From the IMG/VR virus record IMGVR_UViG_3300037261_000033, positions 28,203 to 92,202 of that record: a stretch of 64,000 bases of DNA; one strand, written 5' to 3'. The notes beneath the pieces were generated by a model, which was given only the letters and a program-made list of their open reading frames with translations, did no database searches and had not been told where the DNA came from. This document shows, in pieces, positions 29,636 through 39,644 of the stretch. Source of the DNA: a virus. Position 1 is the first letter of the stretch, and every line of letters begins with the position of its first letter. Made by a program: the position numbers and the translations under genes.

Positions 29636-30261
29636 GCGGTCAAGAATTTCTTAAACTCGGCGACAGCCGCCCGGCTCAGCCAAGGATAAATCGAGTTGCT
29701 GCCGTGCCGCATCAGCGGCCCCGCCCATCGGATGTTCAACCGAACGAGCCGCGCGTAGTACTCCATCGCCAGCGCGTGATTTATTTTCATCGCGGCAATG
29801 AAAGTCTCCGGCGTGTCGATGCGGTGCTTCACCGCGAACGCTTTCATCGCGTCGTGGTTTAGCCACTCGCTGTCAAAGCTCACTTGGAAAATCCCTGTTT
29901 CCGCTCCGGTCTTATGCGCCACGCTCGCAGGGTTTGATTTATCAACGCCTTCGTTCCAGTTCCACGATGACTCGAACCCGGCGTGGACGCGCATCGTTTC
30001 AAGCAGCGCCGCTCTCCGGTGAAGCGCGTTGTCCCATTGGTAGATCGGCGTGCCGCTCGCGTCCTTCCCCACTGGCGTTGCTAAGCTTGATTTGATAGCC
30101 GAAAAGATTTCTACCGGGACGGCGTTCGGCGCGAAGATTTCGTCCGGCGCGTCGCTGCCCCAAGCGATCAGTTCTATCAAGAAACCGTCCGGTGGTGCAC
30201 CCTGCTTTGCTACCTTGGACTTGCACGCCGAAAACTGCCGCGCCGCTTCGTGTTCATTCAT
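29632..30261 (-). CDS. Lysozyme-like/transglycosylase protein (candidate endolysin)
   Basis: HAGFESSW catalytic-Glu-like motif and ETGIFQVS motif. Confidence 0.55.
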   Translation of the reverse strand: MNEHEAARQFSACKSKVAKQGAPPDGFLIELIAWGSDAPDEIFAPNAVPVEIFSAIKSSLATPVGKDASGTPIYQWDNALHRRAALLETMRVHAGFESSWNWNEGVDKSNPASVAHKTGAETGIFQVSFDSEWLNHDAMKAFAVKHRIDTPETFIAAMKINHALAMEYYARLVRLNIRWAGPLMRHGSNSIYPWLSRAAVAEFKKFLTA

Positions 30262-30269
30262 CTTTTGAG

Positions 30270-30298
30270 AGCGTCACGCTTTGCTCGCGCGCTGTCAA
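30270..30298 (-). promoter_or_regulatory. Promoter TTGACA-17-GACGCT
   Basis: Canonical -35 with GAnnnT -10; ATG 8 nt downstream. Confidence 0.55.
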
Positions 30299-30306
30299 TC
30301 CGAAAG

Positions 30307-30422
30307 TGGTCGGGCAGGCAGGACTCGAACCTGCGGTGTGGGTTTGTCGCGCCCCAAACGCGATGTCGAACCGCTGACCTACTGGTTATGAGCCAGTCGC
30401 GCTACCAGACTGCGCTACCCCG
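30307..30422 (-). tRNA. Chimeric tRNA-like RNA with Met(CAT) and Pro(TGG) anticodon arms, encoded CCA
   Basis: D-arm GCGC-AGTCTGGTA-GCGC; ACTGG-CTCATAA-CCAGT; TCGCG-TTTGGGG-CGCGA; T-arm GCAGG-TTCGAGT-CCTGC; CTGCCCG-A-CCA. Confidence 0.75.
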
Positions 30423-30432
30423 ATAAAAATAA

Positions 30433-30888
30433 TCACTGCACGACATCGAAGCCGATTACGATCGTACCATTCAACGCCTGCGTCGCGTGCAAGTTCGGCA
30501 CGAGGATTACCGCTGAACCGGCTCCCGGCGTTACCGTGGCCCCCGCGAGACTGCCTTGCGAATTTGTTCCGTTCGTAATCGTGACGAAGACCTTGCTCGT
30601 TGCGGTAATCAAGCTGTCCGTCAGCGTGAACGTGTAGGTCGCCAATCCCGCCGTGGTCAGCGCCTCGGTCGTGATGGTTCCGCTATCCGTGTTCAGGGTC
30701 GCGGCGTGCACGGTTGAAACCGCGGTGCCAGTCGTCTTTACGGCTGCGATTCCGCCCGTTCCGACTTTGACCGTCAAGCCGGGCGTCAGCCCCTTGAACA
30801 TTGTCACTTGCGCCTGCGCGTTATCCACCGTCGCAAAACTGATCGCGACGAGTGCCAGTAATCCAACGATGAATGATTTGATTCTCAT
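30433..30888 (-). CDS. Thr/Gly-rich beta protein with signal peptide, possibly a virion decoration protein
   Basis: MRIKSFIVGLLALVAISF...AQA|Q; composition resembles phage head/tail accessory proteins. Confidence 0.55.
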   Translation of the reverse strand: MRIKSFIVGLLALVAISFATVDNAQAQVTMFKGLTPGLTVKVGTGGIAAVKTTGTAVSTVHAATLNTDSGTITTEALTTAGLATYTFTLTDSLITATSKVFVTITNGTNSQGSLAGATVTPGAGSAVILVPNLHATQALNGTIVIGFDVVQ

Positions 30889-30944
30889 AAGCTCCGTTTC
30901 TAATCCTTCTATGCTCCGGTGTCAACCTTACTTTTCCTCGTCGC

Positions 30945-31295
30945 TTATATTTGTCTCGAAAGAATGTCGTCTCCGTCGTCGAAATGATAAACACAGCGGA
31001 AGCCCATCGCGGCATACGTGGCGCGCGCCGCCTTGTTCTTTTCCACTACGATTAGACTAAGTGATTCCTTTTTCGCGAGGCGCGCGATCCGGGCGCATTC
31101 CGCGATCATTTTACCGGCCACTCCTTTTCGCCTGTGCCGGTTCGCCACATATACGTTTGACACCAGCGCGTTCGATTTTCCAAGCGTAACAGTAGCGACG
31201 GCTTTTATGCATAGCGCCGGAGTCACGAGAGTTAATTGCACCGCGTGTTGTCCGTCAATGCGCCGGTCGAATAATATGAGCTTGTCGCGCTTCAT
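30945..31295 (-). CDS. GNAT acetyltransferase
   Basis: VYVANRHRRKGVA, NKAARATYAAMGF. Confidence 0.85.
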   Translation of the reverse strand: MKRDKLILFDRRIDGQHAVQLTLVTPALCIKAVATVTLGKSNALVSNVYVANRHRRKGVAGKMIAECARIARLAKKESLSLIVVEKNKAARATYAAMGFRCVYHFDDGDDILSRQI

Positions 31296-31339
31296 GCCGT
31301 TTTTTTCACTTTGTCTGCGTTCTTAATGGCGAGATTAAT

Positions 31340-31840
31340 CTAAATCATCGTATCGCTACGATCCGAATACTTCATGCACGTCAATTCAAACTTTGCGGTT
31401 TCCAGCGCCGCCAGCAGTTCATCATGTGAGGCTCGTAGGGCGGAGTAGGATTCAGGCGCTTTGTCCAGTGCCGTATTCAAATCTGTTAGCACTCCGATTG
31501 CCGTAGCGCGAATGTCTGGGGTGAATGACGTGCCTTCGTGTTCGATCAAGCGCTTCGCTTTTTCGCAAATATCTCGCAGGGCTTCATGTGAGTTGCAGGC
31601 GGAAACGATAAACTCGGCGTTGGCCCATTGGTTGGATAAATCCTCCACGCGTGATATGTCGTGCTCTGAGTCATCGCTAGTGATGAACAGTTGCCCCATA
31701 CCATTGACCGATATTTTCCACGGCAGCGGGGTGTGCGCCTTCTGTCCCTCGCGGGTTGCGTGCTCACTCGGGAGAGGAGTTTTCGCGTTAGCCCCGCCCT
31801 TGTGTGTGAAATTACTGTTCTTGTCGATCACTAGTTTCAT
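31340..31840 (-). CDS. Hypothetical phage protein (may extend past TAG to 31292)
   Basis: HTPLPW...ANAEFIVSACNSH motif; the frame stays open after TAG and ends in an ATGA overlap. Confidence 0.7.
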   Translation of the reverse strand: MKLVIDKNSNFTHKGGANAKTPLPSEHATREGQKAHTPLPWKISVNGMGQLFITSDDSEHDISRVEDLSNQWANAEFIVSACNSHEALRDICEKAKRLIEHEGTSFTPDIRATAIGVLTDLNTALDKAPESYSALRASHDELLAALETAKFELTCMKYSDRSDTMI

Positions 31841-32493
31841 ATTTTATCCGGTTGAGTTTTCAGATGCGCTTCCGCTTCCTCGCGCGTGTCGAAGAAATTC
31901 TCGAACGTCGTCCGCTTCTTTCGCCCGCGCCCGCGTATCCAGACCATAGTGGCGCTCTCGCGTTCGACTTCCACCGCCTCGATCTTACCGAGGCAGGTCT
32001 TGTATTTCGTGGTCATGAAGTTTGATTTTCCCAAGCGGGATTTTCGTCACGCATTTCAGCGTTCCAACGGCGAAGCATATCATCCGGCGGCTGCTTCCCG
32101 TTCATTCGAGAAATAACTACCGCTGCCGTTGCTTCGCTTTTGAATGGCCCCTCTCGTTTGGGTTGCCGTCCGTCGTGCCAATCTATATGCCCGGCCCACC
32201 GCTCGCCGGATTGGTATGTCCAAAGCGTCGGGTTCATAGCGAGCGGCTTAAATCCCGCCCCGGCTTTACCTCGATGCTCGGTCGATCTGGCGGATACTTG
32301 TGACCGAGCGGTGGTTGGAATTGATACTGCGGTTTCGCTGTTGCCGGTTTCCGCTCGAACGCTACCAAATCCGACGCCGGTTCCCGCACGAACGCTTGCC
32401 GGTGCGCCTCGCGTTCCATCAGTATCCCGACGTTGGCGCTCGTGAATACCGTCACGAGCCATCCCGCGCAAAGTATAATTAGGGTTGTCTTTT

Positions 32494-34380
32494 TCATAGT
32501 TTACTCATTTTTGGATGCCACTGTTCCGCACTAAGCAACGCGCCAGCCCATTGAAGGTATTTCCCCTTCTGCGTGCGGTCGCACAAAAACTGTTTGTAGT
32601 CACCCGGCTGGTAGGCCATCAAGTTGAACACGTATTCGAGCGGTATCCACATGCGCCCCGTATAACTCTTTTCGTGCGAACTCCCCCATCGCGGATAAAT
32701 CGTGCGCACGCCACCGTCCCATTCTATTTCAACGCCAGCTATACCGACGCATTCTTTTTCCCGCCTGCCATCGTGTCCCCCGTAACCGCTCCGCGTGTAA
32801 TGCGGTTGCACAACGTCACCCTTGTTCCCGCACCTTATCTTCTTTACCTGAATTATCCGGGGACGGTCTTTTGTCTGGAAGGGTCTACGCCGGTGATCGT
32901 AGTAATCGCTGTAAATAAAGTCGCCTTTTTCAAGACCTGCGTTGCTAGCGTCACGGTATTCTTCCCATGTCTTACTCAGCGTCCCGGCCCCTAACGCGCC
33001 TTCCTCATCTCTTATGAGGTTGAGCCATTCGAGCATGTCGTTCTGGTCTGCTAGATTGATAGGCGGATGCGGATGGAATACTTCGCTCCGGTCGAGTAAT
33101 CCCTGCAAGAGTACGACGACGCGGTTGTATTGCTTTAGGTGGTTGCGCAGCTTTTCAGCGTGCGTGTCGTAATCGAAATTATCCGGCGCGATACGGGTAG
33201 TTTCTTTCTCGTCCGGGATATATCGATTATCTTTCCCGCCAGTCCATCCGCCGTATTTTACGGTGTGCGTTTCGCTGAATGCGTCATCAAACTCTCCCTT
33301 TAATGGTATAAGGCGCGGCTGAAAATCGACGGCGCTCGCGATTCGATAAACTTTCTGGCCGTTCCGAATTAAAAGGTAGGTCGCAAAATTCAGCTTATTC
33401 ATTTCCATGTGCGCCCACGCGTCCCAAATTGTTTCCGGTATCCCGTAATCTTTTTCGTCTCGGCGTACCCGAAAGGCGACGAGGCCGCGCGGTTCTGGTA
33501 ACACTCGCGCCATGCTCTCCGGCTTCGCTACCCATTCGTCGAAGTCTCTCAGGTTGCGGAAATCCATCCCGCCCTTGTCGAAGTCGATCAACGTCTCTTC
33601 GTCCATAAAGAGTAGGCTTTGGCGCACCGTTATCTTAGTATCTGGCCCCGCCGCTTCGCCGTCCGCGATCTGCTTCACCTTCTCTTGCAACCCGGCGTAA
33701 ACTTCCAGCGTGAAAATCTTATCCTCTACCACGCGCAGTTTTTTCTGCATCGCGTAAAGATTGTTCAATTCGGAAAGCATTAAACCCTTCGCGAGTCCGG
33801 CTTGTTCCTTCGCTAACAACTCGATGCTCTTTACCACTTCGGGTATTTTCTTTTTGAGGCGCGTTAGTCGTCCCTTTTCTTTCGCGGGGTCTAGCGTCCT
33901 GATCGCGAGCGCGAACGGTGCTGATTCGGTTGGCGTGAATTGTGTATTACTCGGCGGGAGCGCGTTAGCTTTCTGCGCGTCCTCGTATAGCCGCCGCGTC
34001 TGTGCTTCCATCTCCTGTCGGACTTCCTCCATCCGGTTTTCTAACGCTACTCTCCACTCCGGCGCTGGACGGCAGTTCATCATGAAATCTTGGAAGCTGA
34101 TTTGCTCGGTGTATTCCGACTCTCTCTCGATTCTGTTAAACTGGATGTGATTGCTGGCGACATGTTCGACGCACATCAAATGCTCGTGGAATTTCGGCTC
34201 GGCCTTGCGCTTCTTTCCGCGCCGCTTGCTGATGTGCCGCCCGGCGTGGCGATAGATTGTATCTGACGGGTCTTCCTCCACGCGAACCCAAAACCATTCG
34301 CCGATCTTCGGTAAACCACTCTCGATGCTCTCGGTCTTAACCGGCTCGATAACTGCGAGTGATTTTGATTCCTCGTTCAT
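32494..34380 (-). CDS. Large hypothetical protein with coiled coil
   Basis: 628-aa intact ORF with an ATGA-coupled start. Confidence 0.8.
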   Translation of the reverse strand: MNEESKSLAVIEPVKTESIESGLPKIGEWFWVRVEEDPSDTIYRHAGRHISKRRGKKRKAEPKFHEHLMCVEHVASNHIQFNRIERESEYTEQISFQDFMMNCRPAPEWRVALENRMEEVRQEMEAQTRRLYEDAQKANALPPSNTQFTPTESAPFALAIRTLDPAKEKGRLTRLKKKIPEVVKSIELLAKEQAGLAKGLMLSELNNLYAMQKKLRVVEDKIFTLEVYAGLQEKVKQIADGEAAGPDTKITVRQSLLFMDEETLIDFDKGGMDFRNLRDFDEWVAKPESMARVLPEPRGLVAFRVRRDEKDYGIPETIWDAWAHMEMNKLNFATYLLIRNGQKVYRIASAVDFQPRLIPLKGEFDDAFSETHTVKYGGWTGGKDNRYIPDEKETTRIAPDNFDYDTHAEKLRNHLKQYNRVVVLLQGLLDRSEVFHPHPPINLADQNDMLEWLNLIRDEEGALGAGTLSKTWEEYRDASNAGLEKGDFIYSDYYDHRRRPFQTKDRPRIIQVKKIRCGNKGDVVQPHYTRSGYGGHDGRREKECVGIAGVEIEWDGGVRTIYPRWGSSHEKSYTGRMWIPLEYVFNLMAYQPGDYKQFLCDRTQKGKYLQWAGALLSAEQWHPKMSKL

Positions 34381-35169
34381 CCATCCACCTTTCCGAGCGT
34401 GCATTCTTTAGGGTAAAGAAGCGTGTGGTCTTGGCGGCTATCTCCCTTCTGATTCGCGAAGGGGAAGAGCGCTCCGTCAACTTTGCCTTCCGGCAGATCG
34501 TCCATCTCTATCCACGCTCCGTAGTCCGCCCTACGGCAGCGGCGCACCGTGCCGCTCAATCCCTTTAACGGGCCGTCCTTCACCGTTACGCGAAGTCCGC
34601 TCGTGAATTTTTTGATTTTAATGCTCATTGGTTTTTTCTCCGCGCGGCCCCGGCTTGAACAGGGCCGCGCTTCGGTTGATTATTCCGTGGTTAATTCTTA
34701 CTCTGATGCCCCGTTTTCGCTCCCGAATTGGAAGCCGAAATTGTTATGGAAAAAATACGGCGCAGGTATTCCAAGTGCGCCCAGACTTCCTGCGGCGTCG
34801 CCCACGGTCGCAGATCGACGCTCCGGTTGTCGTCCTCTGTCACGTAGCCCTTGTCGCCGCAATACTGGCAGTCGTGGAGCGCGTCGTGATCGCCTTCTAG
34901 CCATCCGTCTCCGCCGCATTCGTCGCACTGGCGCTCGCCTTCTTTAAGGAGGAGCGGTCGCTCGATGGTCGTGTCATTCATAAAGTTTTTTCTCCGTGCG
35001 TTACCGGAGCGGCCATCGGGCACCGCCCCGGCGTTTGACACGATGTTAGAGATTCGCTCCGTTATAATTGCGCTTTACGTTTTCCGCCGCGTCTTCAGTG
35101 GCGAACCATTCCGTTTTTCTGTCGCATGGAAAAATAACCGCCCATTTGAGCCACGCCTTGTCCGCCGAT

Positions 35170-35517
35170 TTACGGACTTGCGCTAATCCAACGGTTGCCG
35201 CCATGTTGATTGATCGGCTCATGCGTCCGCGCGAACTTGACGCACGGCGCGAAGTGAATTTCCATCAATCCGTCTTCCACCGTCATGCTGCCCTCGTCGA
35301 TCATGTCGCCCCAAATGCTTTTGGAAATGGACAACGCGCTTTCATGAGTTTCGATGCAGGATGTTTCGTGCGCCAGCTTTTTGCAGTCCGCGCAATCCGC
35401 CGCGTGAACTACGAATACTCCCTTGGATTGGTCGCGGAGATTCGCGCCAAATATTCTAACTTTCAGTCCGCGAGCTTCTGCCGTCGCGCTGGCGTCGTTG
35501 TTTGTGGTTCGTGTCAT
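35170..35517 (-). CDS. Hypothetical protein, probably leaderless
   Basis: VHAADCADC...HFAPC; ATG 5 nt after the -10 box. Confidence 0.65.
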   Translation of the reverse strand: MTRTTNNDASATAEARGLKVRIFGANLRDQSKGVFVVHAADCADCKKLAHETSCIETHESALSISKSIWGDMIDEGSMTVEDGLMEIHFAPCVKFARTHEPINQHGGNRWISASP

Positions 35518-35616
35518 GCCTTATTCTCCGCCCCACTATGCGCCGTGTAAAGCTCTTTTATGACGATTTATGAAGATTTTTTACGCGCCAGTTTGCCTAG
35601 GCAAAACGTGACGTAA
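35511..35616 (-). promoter_or_regulatory. Promoter (TTTACA-17-GAGAAT) plus palindromic operator, copy 2
   Basis: Near-duplicate of 7985-8091; palindrome at 35592-35605. Confidence 0.75.
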
Positions 35617-36024
35617 GTTGCACGCCCTGCCAATTTCAGTCATTTTTCTCTCCGCGCATCATCGAATCCGCTGCCGCCTCTAGCGCCGCGTCCGCCTCTC
35701 CGTCCGGCTCTGGTTCCGCCGCCTCGACCTTCGGCGCGCTGGCGGTGCGCGCGCGCTCTTTCCTTGACCGCTTCGGTTGCGGTTCCGGCTCGCTCGTTTT
35801 CCGTTTCCGCTTTGGCCGGTGTAATTTGTATTCCGCTTGCCGCGCCGACGCCCGCTGTATCATCGCGCCGTAAAAACAAATGCTCTCTTCGCACGGCGGG
35901 CAAAACGGTTTGTATCCGAATGGTCGCGTTCCCGGATCGCGCGGTGTTTGAAATTCGGTTTTGCAGCGGACGCATTCTCGCGGTTCCGAGCCGATGTCAT
36001 CGGGCCACAGTTCCGATTGTTCGA

Positions 36025-36234
36025 TTATGCCCACACGCCGGGGATTTGTTCAACCGGGCGATTGTCAGGGCGTTCCGGCTCGATTCGCTCGCGTGTCGTA
36101 AAGCGGTGTCCGTTATCGCAAAGCCTGCGCCGCCGCGTTACCGTTCCCTCCCGGCTCAAGCGGCTGTCGATCACTCCATTCCTGCGCTCTCCGCACGTCG
36201 GACAGGGAAACGTCGCGTGTTTTTCTCTGATCAT
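36025..36234 (-). CDS. NrdR-like Zn-ribbon protein (no ATP cone)
   Basis: CPTCG...VIDSR...RRRRLC.NGHRFTTRE. Confidence 0.8.
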   Translation of the reverse strand: MIREKHATFPCPTCGERRNGVIDSRLSREGTVTRRRRLCDNGHRFTTRERIEPERPDNRPVEQIPGVWA

Positions 36235-37154
36235 ATTAGTGAGGGAAATTCTCTAACGCGCAAATCTTCGGGCCACTCTTCCATGTCGCCGCCGTGGGAG
36301 TCTTTGAGGCGATACCGGCACTCCGCAGAAGTGGCGAAGTTGCCCATGAGACCGTTCCAGTATGGCCGCGCGCCAAGCTGCTTTACAAACGGCGCGACTC
36401 CGTTGGAGCGGCAGAACGCCACGCCCTCGCGAATCCATTCTACGTTCAGATCGCGCGCGTTCTTCCCGCTCTCCCCGCCGAAGATGATCCAGTCGAATCC
36501 CGCTGCGTGCTTCGTATCCAGCGCGTGCAGCATCGGCTCGCAGGAAAGAAAATGAATCTTGGCCGGTATATCCAGCGCCGCCTTTTGGTCTGCTCCTGCG
36601 CTTACTCCAATCCAGATGTTGTGTGGAGGTTTATTAAATTCCAACCACAGTTTCAGCCAACTGCGCACGAGTTCTGTGTCAGCATCGCGTTTGTAGAGTT
36701 CGGCGATTGCTTCAAAGATTCGCCTCTTCCAATTCTGCGGGCGTTTGCTCAAGAAAAGAAAATCGAGATTATCGCAGCGGTGCGCCAGAATCATCAAATC
36801 AGCAAACCATTCAATCGGCACTTCCTCGTCCAGCCAGTCTCCGAGAGAGAGGCAGAATACACGGACACGATGCGTTCCGGTACTGCCTGCCGATGTATAA
36901 CAGTTCGGACAAGCGAGTGTGAAAAAGAGTCCGCAGTTGTCACATCGCCACGGCTTTTTATTCCACGCGAGCGGCTGCTTCCAAAGGTTTTCGGATGTCC
37001 TGCGCCGTGGCTGCCCCTTGCCCCACTTCGCGCGACCGAAACGTTTATCAACGAGCGTTTCCGCGTAGCAGTTCTTGCACTCTGGCGCGACCTTCGTGCA
37101 GCCCTCCCACGGGTTAAACGTATGGTCGGCCCACTGTATCGCCGTGTCCTTCAT
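36231..37154 (-). CDS. DUF5131 (Gp37/Gp68) radical-SAM-like protein
   Basis: IQWADHTFNPWEGCTKVAPECKNCYA, LSKRP, FLSCEPML, WIIFGGESG, FVKQLG. Confidence 0.9.
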   Translation of the reverse strand: MKDTAIQWADHTFNPWEGCTKVAPECKNCYAETLVDKRFGRAKWGKGQPRRRTSENLWKQPLAWNKKPWRCDNCGLFFTLACPNCYTSAGSTGTHRVRVFCLSLGDWLDEEVPIEWFADLMILAHRCDNLDFLFLSKRPQNWKRRIFEAIAELYKRDADTELVRSWLKLWLEFNKPPHNIWIGVSAGADQKAALDIPAKIHFLSCEPMLHALDTKHAAGFDWIIFGGESGKNARDLNVEWIREGVAFCRSNGVAPFVKQLGARPYWNGLMGNFATSAECRYRLKDSHGGDMEEWPEDLRVREFPSLI

Positions 37155-37462
37155 TTCCGGGTTAATACCGCCGCGCGTTTCCCGCTGATAGTATTTATCC
37201 TGCGCTCGCCCGTCTCTATTATCCGTCCGAGCTTCATCAATTCGGAGCAGCGCGGACGGCAGTAAAGCACCGTCACGCCCATCTTCGCCGCTATTTCATC
37301 GGCGGTGAAGTCGCCGGTTTTCAGAATGTCGAGAATGCGACGGTGCGAATCCTTCGCGTCCGTGATACTCGCCGCCGCTTCCTCGCTCGTCCCCTCCTTT
37401 TTGAATCCGGCTGCGTTCGGATATTTCGCCGGGCCAAATTGTAGCTCGTCTTGCGTAGTCAC
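37151..37462 (-). CDS. Winged-helix DNA-binding protein
   Basis: TADEIA...RPRCSEL...IIETGERR. Confidence 0.7.
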   Translation of the reverse strand: MTTQDELQFGPAKYPNAAGFKKEGTSEEAAASITDAKDSHRRILDILKTGDFTADEIAAKMGVTVLYCRPRCSELMKLGRIIETGERRINTISGKRAAVLTRK

Positions 37463-37853
37463 GGCGAGGCTTTGATTTTTAATACGCGCGTATATGGCGC
37501 GCTGCTCTTGCCTTCGATAACGGTTTGTATTTCGCGCGTTACTCCGTTGGGAAACGTGATGGAAATTTTCGCGGTTAATTTCGCTCCGACGTGATCTACA
37601 TCTAAAACTGGATCGGGATATGGAGTTATAAAAAGGCTCGAAAATGGCCGTTTATTAGGCGCGAGTTGCTTAGTTTTAATTGACGGAATCGTGATCGCAA
37701 CTTCCACTTCCGTAGGTTCCGCCGCTAAATCCAGCATTGGTATTTTATTGGTTTCTCCGCCGCCCCGCTTCCCGTATCTACTCGGTGCGCTGGCGGCAGG
37801 AGTTTCTGGCATCCGGGGCAAACCCCTTAAGAAAGCCCGGACGCCGGAAAGGT

Positions 37854-38834
37854 TTATTCCTTCGCCTTCTTGACGACGATCTCCAAATCCACGCCCTCGT
37901 GCTTGATCGTGAGCGAGTAGTTCCCGGCCTTCGCTACGCCCTGCGCCAGTGCCCGCGTGCAAAGATCGCCGATGCTGTGCGTCCGCCCCAAGGCAGTCAT
38001 TTTGTACTTCTTCGCCTTAGCCAACGCCCAACCGGAGCCGATGAGCCCGCGTACCTTGATGATGTCGGCATCCGACATCCCGGCCAGTTCGAGAATCTCC
38101 GCCCGCTTGCGCTTCTCCATCACCGCCGCCGTGTCTTTCCCGGCGACGTTTGAGATTTTCTTGAGCGCATCGGCCAGTTCCGCCTTCGCCGCGTCAACCT
38201 TCTTTTGATCGCGCTCCGCTTTCGTCAGCGAGATTTTTCCGGCCTTTGCCGCTGCGAACTTTTTCGGGTCTTTCTTTTTCAACGCCTTCGCCCGTTCCAC
38301 GCTCCGCGCGCTCGCGCCCGTCACTTTCGCCGCTTTCGCCGACGCCTTACCTTTTGCTGCTTTGGCAGCTTTCTTCCCACGCGGCGGCGCTTGAGGTTCA
38401 TCCGCAGCGTTTGTGCCGGGGTCTTGGTTCATTTCGTCGCCGTTTGAGTTAGCGCCGGAAGGCGCTACCCGCCCACCGCCCGCACTCTGGCGCTCCTTCG
38501 CTTCCGCTTCAAAGAACGGCAGCGCGTCCACCGCGATTGTCGCTTTCTGTGTCGCGTTTAGGTGACGCCGGTCGAGGTTCCGCGCCATCACATATTCCAG
38601 TGGCCCGCTCTTGCGGATGATCGGAGTCAACGCTTCGAACGCGACGACTCGTCCCTCGATTCCTTCCTCTTGGCATACGCTGTAGCGCGATGCGCCGTCG
38701 AGGATTTTGCCGTCGAGCAACACTATCGGCTCGATCAACCCGTTTTTCTTGATGGACTCAGTGAGTTTCGCTTTGTCGTCCGCGTCCATCGGCGGAAACA
38801 ACTGCGCCAGTTCATGCAGTTCGTATTTTTTCAT
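37854..38834 (-). CDS. ParB-like DNA-binding protein
   Basis: HELAQLFP, SIKKNGLIEPI, ILDGASR, NLDRRHL, HTH AAKVTGASARSVERA. Confidence 0.85.
   Translation of the reverse strand: MKKYELHELAQLFPPMDADDKAKLTESIKKNGLIEPIVLLDGKILDGASRYSVCQEEGIEGRVVAFEALTPIIRKSGPLEYVMARNLDRRHLNATQKATIAVDALPFFEAEAKERQSAGGGRVAPSGANSNGDEMNQDPGTNAADEPQAPPRGKKAAKAAKGKASAKAAKVTGASARSVERAKALKKKDPKKFAAAKAGKISLTKAERDQKKVDAAKAELADALKKISNVAGKDTAAVMEKRKRAEILELAGMSDADIIKVRGLIGSGWALAKAKKYKMTALGRTHSIGDLCTRALAQGVAKAGNYSLTIKHEGVDLEIVVKKAKE
38443..38472. repeat. Palindromic repeat copy (parS-like) inside the ParB-like gene
   Basis: TTTGAGTTAGCGCC-GGAA-GGCGCTACCCGC; 24/25 identical to window positions 1-25. Confidence 0.75.
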
Positions 38835-39176
38835 TTCATTTTTCCTTTGGTTTTCTGTTTGTTTTTGCCTCGCGGTTTCCGGCGCTTCGCCGCATTCCAC
38901 GGTTGCAAAATGTAAACTCTGTTCGCGTCGAAAACTTCGCGCAAGATCAACCCGATTCCGAGGAGCGGCTGCTCGCGGTTCGCCGGTTCATCACGTAGCC
39001 ACCGCGTGATTCTGTGGCGACTCACCGGCTTGCGGAGACGCTTGCTCAAAAGTTCCATCAGCTTCGTCCGGCTGCCGAACACGTCGCGAGTCGCGGTGAT
39101 GATTGGTTCGACGTAAGCGTTCGCTCTGTCTCTTACCACGTCTTTTTTCGTCTTCGTTCCCATATCGTGCCGTCAC

Positions 39177-39635
39177 TTATCTCCGTTCTCGGCCCGTTTG
39201 TAAAGTTTTTTCTTTCCGGTCGATTTTCCCTCTGAGTGGCGTTATTTCCCACCCGCTCGCCAATTTCTGCGCGAGCGTGAACCGCTGCGGAAACAGTTCG
39301 GCGGCGGTCTTCGGTTTCGTGAGGGCTTTCGAGAAAATAAATCGGCCTTTTACTTCATGAAATTCCAGCGTCCCATCAGGAAATTCAACGTCCCAATCCG
39401 GGGTATATCGACATCCATCCGCCAGCTTCAATGTGTATGCTTCAAACCGAACGTCGGCCTCTGGATATTTCGATTTCAGCATCAACCCATATTCGGCCTC
39501 TGTCCGGTTCGGCTGTCGGCCTTTCGTTTTCGGTTCCGCTGCCGCCTGTTGCGTATTCGTTTCGCTCGCGCCCATCAACGCTAGGAAACTTTTACTCGCG
39601 TGCGGAAATGTCTGCCGCAATCTCTCCGGCGTCAT
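39177..39635 (-). CDS. PD-(D/E)XK endonuclease (DUF1064-like)
   Basis: NRTE, YTPDW...FHEVKG. Confidence 0.75.
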   Translation of the reverse strand: MTPERLRQTFPHASKSFLALMGASETNTQQAAAEPKTKGRQPNRTEAEYGLMLKSKYPEADVRFEAYTLKLADGCRYTPDWDVEFPDGTLEFHEVKGRFIFSKALTKPKTAAELFPQRFTLAQKLASGWEITPLRGKIDRKEKTLQTGRERR

Positions 39636-39644
39636 TGGGCGTCA

